In this document: piece after piece, positions 17,357-26,718 of the stretch
Layout: every line of letters begins with the position of its first letter
Numbering within the stretch: position 1 is the first letter of the stretch
From: a virus
Lineage: Duplodnaviria; Caudoviricetes
Length of the DNA stretch: 64,000 nucleotides
Strand: one strand, 5' to 3'
Virus record (IMG/VR): IMGVR_UViG_3300033463_000010
Location: 149,232 to 213,231 of that record
Notes under the pieces: model-generated
Seen by the model: the letters and a program-made list of their open reading frames with translations, nothing else
Databases searched by the model: none
What the model was told of the DNA's origin: nothing
Translations under genes and position numbers: made by a program

Positions 17357-18301
17357 CTACTTCAAGGACCTGTAAGCAGCCAGGACAATGCCAGGAAATC
17401 CCGTGTCATAGGTGTTAATGGCAAATTCTTCCATAACACGGCAAATGCGGTCGCTGCTCTTTTTAAGCAGGATAGCAGAGCAGTAACCCAGGACGGCACG
17501 ACGGATAGTTTCAGCGTCAATGTTGCCCTTGAGTTCCCGCAGGGACTTGTTAATTTCATTCCAGGACGGCTTGCTGTCGCAAAGGGCACGGCAAAGGTCC
17601 AGGGTATTCGGGTCGTCTTCAAGACCACCCTCCAGGATTTTCAACTGTGCTTCAACGTCGTTTGGGCTTGCCATAACCTTTTCAAGTGCAACCAGGGCAG
17701 CACGGGGCGAGCCGTCGGCAGATTCAATGATAGCCGTAAGAACTTTGTCGTCAACTTCAAACTTTTCCGCTTCGGCAGTCCGCAGGACCAACTTGCCCAA
17801 CTGTCGGGCGTTGAGCGGTTCTAGCTTCCATTGGGTGCTGCGGGTGGCGAGAGCCTTACCCTCGTCGCCTTTAAGCAACTGCTGTAAGTTCGTCGTGCAG
17901 AAGAAGAAATAGACGTGGGCGGGCATATCCTCGGTAGGCTTCAAGAACGCACGTTTAGCATCTGCGGTCATACCGTGGGCTTCGTCAATGATATAGACCA
18001 CGGACCTGCCTTTAAGGGGCAGGGAACGCATTTGGTCCCTAATGTCACGGACGGTATCAATACCACGGTTGTCGGACGTATTGATTTCGTGAATGCTGAA
18101 ATCGGGGTCAGCGTGAAGCAGCTCCGTAGCGATAATGCGGGCGATTGTGGTCTTGCCTGCACCGCTAGACCCGTAGATAATGTGGCAGTGCGACACACGC
18201 TTCGGGTCCTGTGCGAAATGGGTTTGAATGGCATTGATTACCTCGGTGTTGCCTACCATATCGGCAAACGTCTTCGGGCGATACACTTGATAAAGTGACA
18301 T
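17357..18301 (-). CDS. dnaX: clamp loader, DNA Pol III gamma/tau-like AAA+ ATPase
   Basis: LYQVYRPKTFADMVG, GSSGAGKTT, IIDEAH, GSPR. Confidence 0.92.
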   Translation of the reverse strand: MSLYQVYRPKTFADMVGNTEVINAIQTHFAQDPKRVSHCHIIYGSSGAGKTTIARIIATELLHADPDFSIHEINTSDNRGIDTVRDIRDQMRSLPLKGRSVVYIIDEAHGMTADAKRAFLKPTEDMPAHVYFFFCTTNLQQLLKGDEGKALATRSTQWKLEPLNARQLGKLVLRTAEAEKFEVDDKVLTAIIESADGSPRAALVALEKVMASPNDVEAQLKILEGGLEDDPNTLDLCRALCDSKPSWNEINKSLRELKGNIDAETIRRAVLGYCSAILLKKSSDRICRVMEEFAINTYDTGFPGIVLAAYRSLK

Positions 18302-18302
18302 A

Positions 18303-18662
18303 TTACAGATTCCCCAGGGAAATGTTGTATTTAGTGGTTAAGAGTTTTTCCAGGTCGTCCTTGAGCGAAAGGACTTCGCCCATATTCGGGTCGTGACCCG
18401 TAAAGGTGCGGAGCATAGAAGACGCATAGTCTTCAAGGTTGGAGTTCGCAAGTTCCTGTTCCTTTTCTTCAAGCTGTTCTTCCAGGTCTTCAACACGGGA
18501 AGCCAGGGTAGCATTGTCATCTTCAAGGTTGTCAATGCGGTCTTCGTATTCAGCTACGAGCCTGTCAATGCCTTCCTTGATTTCGTCAGCCTGGTCCGTG
18601 TATTTTTCCGCAAGCCTGTCAACGTTGTCCTTGATTTCTTGCAGGTCGGTGTCTGTTTGCAT
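18303..18662 (-). CDS. coiled-coil hypothetical protein (paralog of 18710..18964)
   Basis: shared L..[FY]TG..P....VL..K...E.LL C-terminus. Confidence 0.65.
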   Translation of the reverse strand: MQTDTDLQEIKDNVDRLAEKYTDQADEIKEGIDRLVAEYEDRIDNLEDDNATLASRVEDLEEQLEEKEQELANSNLEDYASSMLRTFTGHDPNMGEVLSLKDDLEKLLTTKYNISLGNL

Positions 18663-18709
18663 AGGTTATTTCCTCGTTTTTGGGTTAAACAGTGATACGG
18701 GCACACGCC

Positions 18710-18964
18710 TTACGTGTGGACGGGTTCGGCACCCGTGTATTTTTGCAGCAGGCGTTCCACCTCGTTTTTGAAATCAAGAACGTCGTTCTGCAACGGCACG
18801 GTCCCCGTATATTTTTTGAGAAGTTCATAGCAGAACGATTCTGTCGTAATGTTATCCAGGACCGAAGCGGTGTCAGTCGGGAGCCTGTCAAGGTTGTCAA
18901 GGGCTTCGGTAACTACCGCTTGAATATCGCCCAGGTATTTCTTTGCAACTTCAAAGTTATTCAT
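18710..18964 (-). CDS. hypothetical protein
   Basis: AAGGAA RBS; phage promoter at 18986. Confidence 0.65.
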   Translation of the reverse strand: MNNFEVAKKYLGDIQAVVTEALDNLDRLPTDTASVLDNITTESFCYELLKKYTGTVPLQNDVLDFKNEVERLLQKYTGAEPVHT

Positions 18965-19001
18965 AGGTTGGTTTCCTTAATAGGTATATAGTCGTATGGT
19001 G

Positions 19002-19778
19002 TCAAATTCCGATATTGCCGTAAATGTAGAACGGTCCTGTTAGTTGCTTCAATCGGGCATTTGCCTTGTCAAAGTATTCCTTATTGGTTTCAAACCCGAT
19101 AAACTTACGCTTTTCCATTACAGCAGCTACAGCAGTTGTCCCGCTGCCCATACAGTTATCCAAAACTGTATCACCTGGGTTTGAGTAAGTGCGGACTAAA
19201 TAACGTATAAGGTCTTCGGGTTTTTGTGTCGGGTGTAGAAACTGATGGGAGCTATCAAACGTCAAAAGTTGTCTAGGATAGTTCGTCATTGTTTGGATAT
19301 GGTCTGCGTCTTTCTCGGACCTGTTAGGTCTAAACGCATTCGCCTTATTCCCACCGTTATTTACTTTATTGCACGGGATAGTCCCTTGTGGGTTGTAAAT
19401 CATTTTAACCGCACTATTAGGGGCGATATTACCTTTGGAAAATACTGATATAGTTTCAATGTTCTTTAAGGGCATATAGGGGGCTTGTGCAAAATTCCCT
19501 TGTTTTGATTTGTTCCAATACCAATCGTATTTATAAAGTTTACGATTACTCAAACGTAGGTCAGATGAAAATGGCTCACTACCAAATAATACTATAGCAG
19601 CCGTATCTTTACAAATACGTTCATACTGATTCCATAATTTATCAAAGGGTATCACGCTATCCCAGGCACAAGCGGTCGTGCCATAAGGTAAATCACAAAT
19701 AATGCAGTCAATACTTTCGTCGGGTATTTCTTTCATACCCTCCAAGCAGTCCATATTGTAAATGCGGTTCAAATCCAT
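19002..19778 (-). CDS. DNA amino-methyltransferase, beta class (paralog 2)
   Basis: CDLPYG, HPTQKP, DNCMGSGTT. Confidence 0.93.
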   Translation of the reverse strand: MDLNRIYNMDCLEGMKEIPDESIDCIICDLPYGTTACAWDSVIPFDKLWNQYERICKDTAAIVLFGSEPFSSDLRLSNRKLYKYDWYWNKSKQGNFAQAPYMPLKNIETISVFSKGNIAPNSAVKMIYNPQGTIPCNKVNNGGNKANAFRPNRSEKDADHIQTMTNYPRQLLTFDSSHQFLHPTQKPEDLIRYLVRTYSNPGDTVLDNCMGSGTTAVAAVMEKRKFIGFETNKEYFDKANARLKQLTGPFYIYGNIGI

Positions 19779-19781
19779 ACA

Positions 19782-20594
19782 CTAAACTCCAATGTTCCCG
19801 TAGATACAGAACGGACCCGTCAAATCACGCAGACGCTTGTTCGCCTTGTCAAAGTAATCCTTGTCGGTTTCAAACCCGATAAACTTACGCTTCTCTAAAA
19901 CTGCTGCAACCGCAGTCGTTCCGCTACCCATACAGTTATCCAAAATGGTATCACCTGGATTTGAGTAAGTGCGGACAAGATAACGGATTAGCTCAACAGG
20001 TTTCTGTGTCGGGTGGAAACGTTGGTCCAGGTCGCTCTTGTATTCCTTTGAGTAACTTTGGCAGTGCGGGATTCTCGCACATACTACGCTAATCGGGTAG
20101 CGGGTCCCGTCTTCCTGCGGACGGGTCCTGTGCATAGACCCATAGATATTGTTCCCGATAAACTCATTGTCCTTAAAGGTCTTTCGCTGCGTGAGAAATT
20201 CCTTTTTATCCACAAGCCATTTCTGCGGGTTGAACGTAGGCTTACCCGATTTGGAAAACACAATAATGTTTTCGTGAAGTTTAAGGTGCTTACTGTTTTT
20301 GCTGAAACCCGAAGCAGGCTTGTTTTTGAGCCAACACAGTTCTTCCCTAAATTGGGAAATGTTGCTGCTAATGAGCATACTTGTAAACGGTTGCGAGCCG
20401 AACAAAATAATCGGGGCGGTATCTTTACAGATACGGTTGTATTGCTCCCACAGCGGTTCAAACGGAATAACAGAATCCCAGGCACAGGAGGTCGTGCCAT
20501 AAGGTAAATCACAAATGACACAATCCACCGTCCCGTCGGGAATTTCTTTCATTCCAACCAGGCAGTCTTCGTTATAAATTCTGTTCAATTCCAT
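19782..20594 (-). CDS. DNA amino-methyltransferase, beta class (paralog 3)
   Basis: start MELNRIY by paralogy; CDLPYG, HPTQKP, DNCMGSGTT. Confidence 0.93.
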   Translation of the reverse strand: MELNRIYNEDCLVGMKEIPDGTVDCVICDLPYGTTSCAWDSVIPFEPLWEQYNRICKDTAPIILFGSQPFTSMLISSNISQFREELCWLKNKPASGFSKNSKHLKLHENIIVFSKSGKPTFNPQKWLVDKKEFLTQRKTFKDNEFIGNNIYGSMHRTRPQEDGTRYPISVVCARIPHCQSYSKEYKSDLDQRFHPTQKPVELIRYLVRTYSNPGDTILDNCMGSGTTAVAAVLEKRKFIGFETDKDYFDKANKRLRDLTGPFCIYGNIGV

Positions 20595-20595
20595 A

Positions 20596-23280
20596 TCAAT
20601 GTGCAGCCTCAAACTTCGCCTGCCAATTTTCGGGCATACCCTCGGTCCGCAAGGCACCCACTTCGGTCATTTTAGCCCAGGACCCGTCAACGTAAGACGC
20701 ATCGGCTTCAATGACAAGCGGGACGCAAATCCACGGAAATTCTTCACTTACACGCTTCACACCGTTGCCATAGACAATCTTCGCCACCTTGTCTTCTTCG
20801 CCCTCTTTAACGAGAGCAATAATAGCGTCGTGAATTTGTCCGATAATGCAGGAAAGCAAGCCCTGGGACTTGAAGTCCTGCAAGTCGTATGTCAATGCTC
20901 GCAGCAAGATATGGAACGCAGAACCTTGAATGCAGCAGTTCGTAGCCTGGGTGTAACCCATAGGTCCCCAACAGCGGAAACCCGTGTAGGACTGCACATA
21001 GCCCATCTTTTGATAACGGTCCCATTCAGTCCTACGCCACGCATTATAGACCTTGAAGCGTTGGTTCCAAAATATATCGTCGCCTTTCTTGACGTGTGCT
21101 TCCCACTTTTCGTAGGTCGTAATCTTGTGGTCCTTTGCCAAATGTTCCTTTGTGTAGGCGGGCATATTGTTCCACATATTGCGGGCACACGACTTGTAGG
21201 ACGCACCATAGAACGACGAGAACACATAGCCCGATTTGATAGACGAGCGTTCTTCCTTTGTAAGTTCTTCGGGCGTTCGGATATACATATCGCAAGCAGT
21301 GTCACGGTGCATATCCGAGGCGGGGTTCTGCAAGTAGTGAATCATCTGCGGGTCGTGGTGATAGCTTGCAGACACCATAACTTCCAGGGACTTGTAGTCC
21401 ATTTCCATAAAGCGGTAGCCCTTTGGAGCCACGAACAGCGTTCGCAGGATTTTCTTCATTTCCTTATCACGCTTTGGAATGTTTTGAAAATTCGGGCTGT
21501 CAGCCGACGAACGGTAGGTTCGGGGACCCGCATCGTCTTCACCGCCCGCACCCGTTGACAGATTAAAGAACGGACGGATTAGGTAGGCTTGCTTTTCTTC
21601 GTCCCATACGGCTTCACGTCTGTAGCCGTCCAGGAAGTCCATAATCTTTGCCCAACGACGCATTCCCAAAATGGACTTGCAGAACGGGGTTCCCAACTTT
21701 TCCAGGGTGTCGCCCGTAGCGTCTTCCTTGCCCGAAGGCGGTTTCAGCTTGCAAATCTTGTAAAGGACTTCGGCAATTTGTTTGTTAGAGAGCGGGTTGA
21801 AAGTTTCGCCAGGGTGCAGCTTGCACCACTGCTTCGCTTCGTCGGACGCTTTGACGGCTTCTTCGGATTCCTTGAACTTGTCTTCAAGTTCCTTTTGCAA
21901 GTCGTTAATCCTGCCATAGTCAATCGGCAAACCCTCGGACTGCACACGGGCGAGAGCGTCCATACCTTTCATAAAGAAGCGGAACGATTTTTCAAGACCA
22001 ACCATTTGTGCGGACTGAATGTCACGCAGCGGGAGCGTATAAATGGAGTCAAGACCGCAATAGTAGATAATGTCGCCTTTGGGGACACCCACGCCCTTTT
22101 TGAGCAGGTTAAATGCGTTGCAGCTCTTTGTGTCTTCCCCGTCCATAATCGTAGAAATGAAATGGTCCGCTTTGTTGTCGTAGCCGATAACGCCCAATTC
22201 ACAGTAGGTGTGGAATTTCAGCCCAACCTTTTGGGAGTTGTCTAGGACGTGGGCACCCAGGCAAGTGTCCCAGGACCAATTATCAATCCAATCGGTGCGG
22301 GAGTTATGCAGACCCGCCCTAAACCTGGTCCAACAGGCTTCATAGTCAGCCTTGTGTGCAACCAACCCGATTTTCTTGTGGTGCGTGAGTTTATACCAGG
22401 CATTCACCAGGCGTTCGTTATCACCGTCCCACCAAATACCGATAGCGTGATACTCACCGTCCTTACGATAGCCGACGGACGCAGCCTTGATTTCGTGACC
22501 TGCACGGTGGGGTTTCAAGCCCGTGGTTTCGTAGTCAATGGAAACGTCGTGATAGCCTTCGGGAGCCTTGTCAAGTTGGTCTGTTTCAGCCCATTCAATG
22601 ATTTCTTCAATCCAATCGGCTGCGGTGTCTGCGTCACCCGTGGTGCGAACGTCCGTCGGGATTTTCGGCAGCGGTGTATCTTTGATTTGATAGGCTAGAC
22701 GGATATGCTGCGAAAAATACATATACGGGCAACCGTCGTCACGCTGCCAGGTCAAAAATTCGGGTGAGTAAGTCGGGCAAATCCAACAGTTATAGAAGCG
22801 GTCGGGAATGCGTTTACCGTAAAGGTCCGATGGCTTCGTGTTGCCGATACGTCCGCTCATACGGTCCCAAATAAGTGCCTGGATAGCTGCGGGACCCATA
22901 GGAATGATTACGTTCGGCTTCAATTCGTTAATGAGCCTGTTCAAGCGTTCCTTGCAACAGTCGGGCTTCGGGTCCTTGTCGTTTTGGCACGGGCACGGGA
23001 TTACATAACCAATCCAGGCGGATTCCAGGAAATCCCTGGGCAGTCCACGCCTACCCTGCAAGTCCCAAAGATAATCATACATTTTATGTAGGAACACCGT
23101 GTCGTGGTCGTTGCCTTCCTTTCCACGGGGGTGGTCGCACAGGAACAGAACCTTGTCCTTACCCTTACCTGCAAACGGTAAATCCTTGCCCGATTGGTCT
23201 AATCCGCAGGCTAGACAGCCTGTAAGTTTCGGCTTCGCTGACATTGCTTGAATGGCAGCAGGAATTTTGAAAAAGCCCAT
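20596..23280 (-). CDS. polA: family A DNA polymerase with N-terminal UDG-like domain (SPO1-type) and 3'-5' exonuclease
   Basis: DYETTG exo I, PNFQNIP, DYKSLE motif A, RSSIK..FSSFYG motif B, QIHD motif C. Confidence 0.93.
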   Translation of the reverse strand: MGFFKIPAAIQAMSAKPKLTGCLACGLDQSGKDLPFAGKGKDKVLFLCDHPRGKEGNDHDTVFLHKMYDYLWDLQGRRGLPRDFLESAWIGYVIPCPCQNDKDPKPDCCKERLNRLINELKPNVIIPMGPAAIQALIWDRMSGRIGNTKPSDLYGKRIPDRFYNCWICPTYSPEFLTWQRDDGCPYMYFSQHIRLAYQIKDTPLPKIPTDVRTTGDADTAADWIEEIIEWAETDQLDKAPEGYHDVSIDYETTGLKPHRAGHEIKAASVGYRKDGEYHAIGIWWDGDNERLVNAWYKLTHHKKIGLVAHKADYEACWTRFRAGLHNSRTDWIDNWSWDTCLGAHVLDNSQKVGLKFHTYCELGVIGYDNKADHFISTIMDGEDTKSCNAFNLLKKGVGVPKGDIIYYCGLDSIYTLPLRDIQSAQMVGLEKSFRFFMKGMDALARVQSEGLPIDYGRINDLQKELEDKFKESEEAVKASDEAKQWCKLHPGETFNPLSNKQIAEVLYKICKLKPPSGKEDATGDTLEKLGTPFCKSILGMRRWAKIMDFLDGYRREAVWDEEKQAYLIRPFFNLSTGAGGEDDAGPRTYRSSADSPNFQNIPKRDKEMKKILRTLFVAPKGYRFMEMDYKSLEVMVSASYHHDPQMIHYLQNPASDMHRDTACDMYIRTPEELTKEERSSIKSGYVFSSFYGASYKSCARNMWNNMPAYTKEHLAKDHKITTYEKWEAHVKKGDDIFWNQRFKVYNAWRRTEWDRYQKMGYVQSYTGFRCWGPMGYTQATNCCIQGSAFHILLRALTYDLQDFKSQGLLSCIIGQIHDAIIALVKEGEEDKVAKIVYGNGVKRVSEEFPWICVPLVIEADASYVDGSWAKMTEVGALRTEGMPENWQAKFEAAH

Positions 23281-23400
23281 AAATCTTTATTCCGTAAACG
23301 TTAAACTTCTGTAATATAGATATAGCACAAGAGCGACTAAAAGATAGAAATGCCGAAGCTATAAAGCCTCGGCATTCCTTTCTTACGAGGACACAACAAA

Positions 23401-24498
23401 CTATTTGGTAGCGGTCGCACCCTGGACGAACTGCATAAATTCGCCCGATTGGAAAACAAGGGACAAGGACGGGGGAGCCGTCGGGTCCATATCCATATAG
23501 CAAAGGGTGAAGTCCATAACCTTGTTGGACGCTTCCAACAAGAACGAAGTGTTCACCCAAACTTCGGTGTCCTGCGGGTCTTCTTCAAGTTCGGTTTCCC
23601 ACGGGATTGTTTCGGACGCTTCACCGCCTGTCTTTTCGGCATACAGTTCAAGTTCGTCCTTACGGAACGTCAAACGCACCATACGGGCATTCTTCTTGTC
23701 AACCCCCGAAGCAAGGATAGCCACACGGGACACGGCTTCTGCGATATTGTTCGGCAGACGACCCTTGACGAGAACCTTTGCTTTTTCAAATGCGGTCGGG
23801 AACGTAGAAAGACCGTCAAACGGGTAGGCTACGTGGTCCTTACGCTTTGCAGAAAACACGGTGCCGTCGGCATACTTGAGGTGCAACCAGGCATCGCTTA
23901 CGCAGTAGCCCGTCGGGGTGCCAACCTTGAAAGCGTTGTTGAACGTCGTATCGTCAACCCAAAACGGGTCCATACGTTCGGACAACTTGTTAATGCAGAC
24001 ACGCACGGAGTCGGTTTCATAGACTGCGGAGCCTTCGCCATAGTCATTCACTGCAACGCCACGGATATTTTCAGCGTTACCCGAAAGATTACAGATATTC
24101 ACAGCGTCAATGAACGCTTCGGGGAGGGGCTTGTATTCAAGCGACACCACGTTAAGGTCACGAATAAGGTTCATTACTTTGGACGAATCCTGGAGGGTCA
24201 TAGCAGCCTTTGTGCGACCCGCCTTGATTTTAACCTTTGAGTCCACGACTTCAAGCGACAGAGTAACGTCGGACATACGGGAAACAAGGTTAAAGAAGTC
24301 CGCACCCTTTACAGAGAACGAAACGTTCTGCGTGTCGCACGGGGCAGACACAGCGATTTCGCTGTTGTAGGAACTGACCGACGCACCCGTGAAAAGAAGG
24401 AGGTCCGTGCCGTCAATCATAGTGTTGCCTGTTTCAACACCAGGCATTACCTTTTTGAGAGATTCAATGAGTTTAGCTTTTTCAATTTGGATTGCCAT
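23401..24498 (-). CDS. dnaN: DNA sliding clamp (Pol III beta-like)
   Basis: 365 aa; ETDSVRV, YP, VNTSFLLEA pattern; between polymerase and helicase. Confidence 0.75.
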   Translation of the reverse strand: MAIQIEKAKLIESLKKVMPGVETGNTMIDGTDLLLFTGASVSSYNSEIAVSAPCDTQNVSFSVKGADFFNLVSRMSDVTLSLEVVDSKVKIKAGRTKAAMTLQDSSKVMNLIRDLNVVSLEYKPLPEAFIDAVNICNLSGNAENIRGVAVNDYGEGSAVYETDSVRVCINKLSERMDPFWVDDTTFNNAFKVGTPTGYCVSDAWLHLKYADGTVFSAKRKDHVAYPFDGLSTFPTAFEKAKVLVKGRLPNNIAEAVSRVAILASGVDKKNARMVRLTFRKDELELYAEKTGGEASETIPWETELEEDPQDTEVWVNTSFLLEASNKVMDFTLCYMDMDPTAPPSLSLVFQSGEFMQFVQGATATK

Positions 24499-24563
24499 TG
24501 TAGGTTTCCTTTATGTTGTTGTGTTCACGATAGATATATAGTTATATAGCAACATACTATCGG

Positions 24564-25178
24564 TTAGAAGTGGTCCCAAGCCTCGGTGTCCACGCTGAAG
24601 CCCTCAACAATTACGGGGGCTGCTTCGTGGGCATAGGGCAGGGCACGGACCGTGTTGTATTCGTAAAATTCTTCTGCGTCACGCAGTTTCAGTTCTTGCA
24701 GCAGTTCGGGATTTTGGAGTTCTTCTTCGGAGTATTCGCCCTTGTGAAGTTCCGCAATATCCTTGTCGTCGTAGTCGTCTGCAATACACTTGATACAGAG
24801 CTGCCTTTCATACACTGCAACAGTGACCTGGACTTCTTCGGTAAACTCACGGTCAAACAGGAACTTGCGGTAATCATCCCTGGCGACCCAGGACTTAATC
24901 CACCCCACCGTAAGTTCGTTCTTGCCCGTTTCTGCCACAAGCTGCATCCTGCACGACGACAAGAGGTCATTTGCGGTAAGCCATTTTTCCAGGTCTTTAA
25001 GGGTGTATTCCTTGTCCCTGGTCCTGGTGACTTCCGTTGTGCCAATCATAGCCTTTTCAAGCCCGTGCAGAATGCAAATGTTGTCACCCTCAAATTCGTC
25101 ACGGCAGGTCGCTTCGTCAAATCGTTCCTTGACGAGTGCCCCGCAGTGGTCCAAATTGTATTCGGTATTCTGTTCCAT
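24564..25178 (-). CDS. hypothetical protein with a 60-aa insert shared with RecA
   Basis: GLEKAMIG...VAVY...EFYEYNTVRALPY; AACCGAGGA RBS. Confidence 0.7.
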   Translation of the reverse strand: MEQNTEYNLDHCGALVKERFDEATCRDEFEGDNICILHGLEKAMIGTTEVTRTRDKEYTLKDLEKWLTANDLLSSCRMQLVAETGKNELTVGWIKSWVARDDYRKFLFDREFTEEVQVTVAVYERQLCIKCIADDYDDKDIAELHKGEYSEEELQNPELLQELKLRDAEEFYEYNTVRALPYAHEAAPVIVEGFSVDTEAWDHF

Positions 25179-25202
25179 ATTATCCTCGGTTTTGTCGGTT
25201 AA

Positions 25203-26684
25203 TTATCTACGGGGGCGACCGCCACGGCTACCCGTGCGTCTTCCCGTCCGTCTTGCGGGCATACTGTCTTCGTCTTCGCTGCCGTCCCATTGTTCTTCCT
25301 GGCTCATATCCACACGGGACAACAGTTCGCATTCCATATAAGGTCTGCCGATAGCCAAACAGGTGGTGCAGACAACAGAATCCTGGACGGGGGCACCGTC
25401 ACGGGTCGTATTGCAGGCAAGGCGGGTAATGCCACGCTTCTTTTCTGTGGGCGTGTGGTTAATCGTAATCATTTTGGTTACGTGAGCCACCTTTCGTATA
25501 TCTTCGGACACCTGGTTTTCGGCTGCGTCCTGTTCGCCACCCACGGTAGCACGTCCCGTTTGAGAAACGGTTGCGAGCATACACTTACGTGTGCTTGCAA
25601 GACCACGGAGGGCTTTCCAACAGCGGTTAATCTTTTCACGTTCGTCGCTGCCAGGTCCCAGGTCCATAATGTCTGCGTAGTCCACGCAGATAACTTCGGG
25701 TGCCCAACCGTTATAGACTTCCATATCCTTGAGTTCGGCTTCAAGACCCTTTACGGACAGGGTGCCCGTCGGGAACGTTCGCAGTTCAAACTTGTCGTTA
25801 CGGGTAATCTTACGGAACGCAGCCTGGGCTTTCTCAATGCCCTCAATGCTTGCGTCCACCCTATGCGACGGTTCGCTAACGTCTGCAAGTTGTGCGTTGC
25901 CCTCGTCGTCATAGACCATAACGGGATAATGCAATTCTTCGCCATAGCGGGACGAACCCGTAAGCATTTGCCAAAATCTACGGACAACCTGCTTTTCGGA
26001 CATTTCTAGCGAAACGTAAAGGACGTGCTTTCCCTGCAACGCAGCCTGGACCGCAATAGTCATAAGCCACCAGGTCTTACCGCTTTTCGGTGGACCGATA
26101 ACGGCTACGAAGTCTTCCTGGATAAAGGGACCGATAACGCTGCCCAGGACACCAGGCATTGTAAAGATTTCTTCTTCCTCGTTGACGAAAGCGTTGGCGA
26201 TTGTGGCAGCGTCCCTAAACAGGTTCACGACCTGTGCCTGTCGCACGTCGGGCTTCGTAAATTCCGCAATAGCGTGATACCCGCTAGATACATCCCCGTT
26301 TTGAACTGCTCGGTTCAACTTTTCCGTTAGCAGGACCAGGGTGCGTTTCTGCAAATACTTGATAGCGTTGTCTGTAGCCAGGGCTTCGTTTGTCGGCAAC
26401 CATTCGTCGGACGCAGTGTCAAGAAAAGCCTTGACCATTTCCCCGTCGGCTTCTTTGAGTTCCGTATAACGGTTGGCATAAATGTCACTAATTGCCGTCT
26501 TCGGTGCTTCGCCATAGCGGTCATAGAAAGTCAAGACCCACGACGAAACAATCTTGCCCATATTGCTTTCAAACAGGATAGGGTCACACGACTTTCGGCA
26601 TTTAGCCAAAAGGGGCGTGGACATAATCATATTCGCTAAAAGCCTACGTTCTTCGCTAATATCTACTTTTTGGCGTTGGAGCAT
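25203..26684 (-). CDS. dnaB: DnaB-like replicative helicase
   Basis: GPPKSGKT, YVSLEMS, VDYAD, TVSQ. Confidence 0.92.
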   Translation of the reverse strand: MLQRQKVDISEERRLLANMIMSTPLLAKCRKSCDPILFESNMGKIVSSWVLTFYDRYGEAPKTAISDIYANRYTELKEADGEMVKAFLDTASDEWLPTNEALATDNAIKYLQKRTLVLLTEKLNRAVQNGDVSSGYHAIAEFTKPDVRQAQVVNLFRDAATIANAFVNEEEEIFTMPGVLGSVIGPFIQEDFVAVIGPPKSGKTWWLMTIAVQAALQGKHVLYVSLEMSEKQVVRRFWQMLTGSSRYGEELHYPVMVYDDEGNAQLADVSEPSHRVDASIEGIEKAQAAFRKITRNDKFELRTFPTGTLSVKGLEAELKDMEVYNGWAPEVICVDYADIMDLGPGSDEREKINRCWKALRGLASTRKCMLATVSQTGRATVGGEQDAAENQVSEDIRKVAHVTKMITINHTPTEKKRGITRLACNTTRDGAPVQDSVVCTTCLAIGRPYMECELLSRVDMSQEEQWDGSEDEDSMPARRTGRRTGSRGGRPRR

Positions 26685-26718
26685 TTAAAACTTATCCTCG
26701 TAAGATATATATAGTCCG

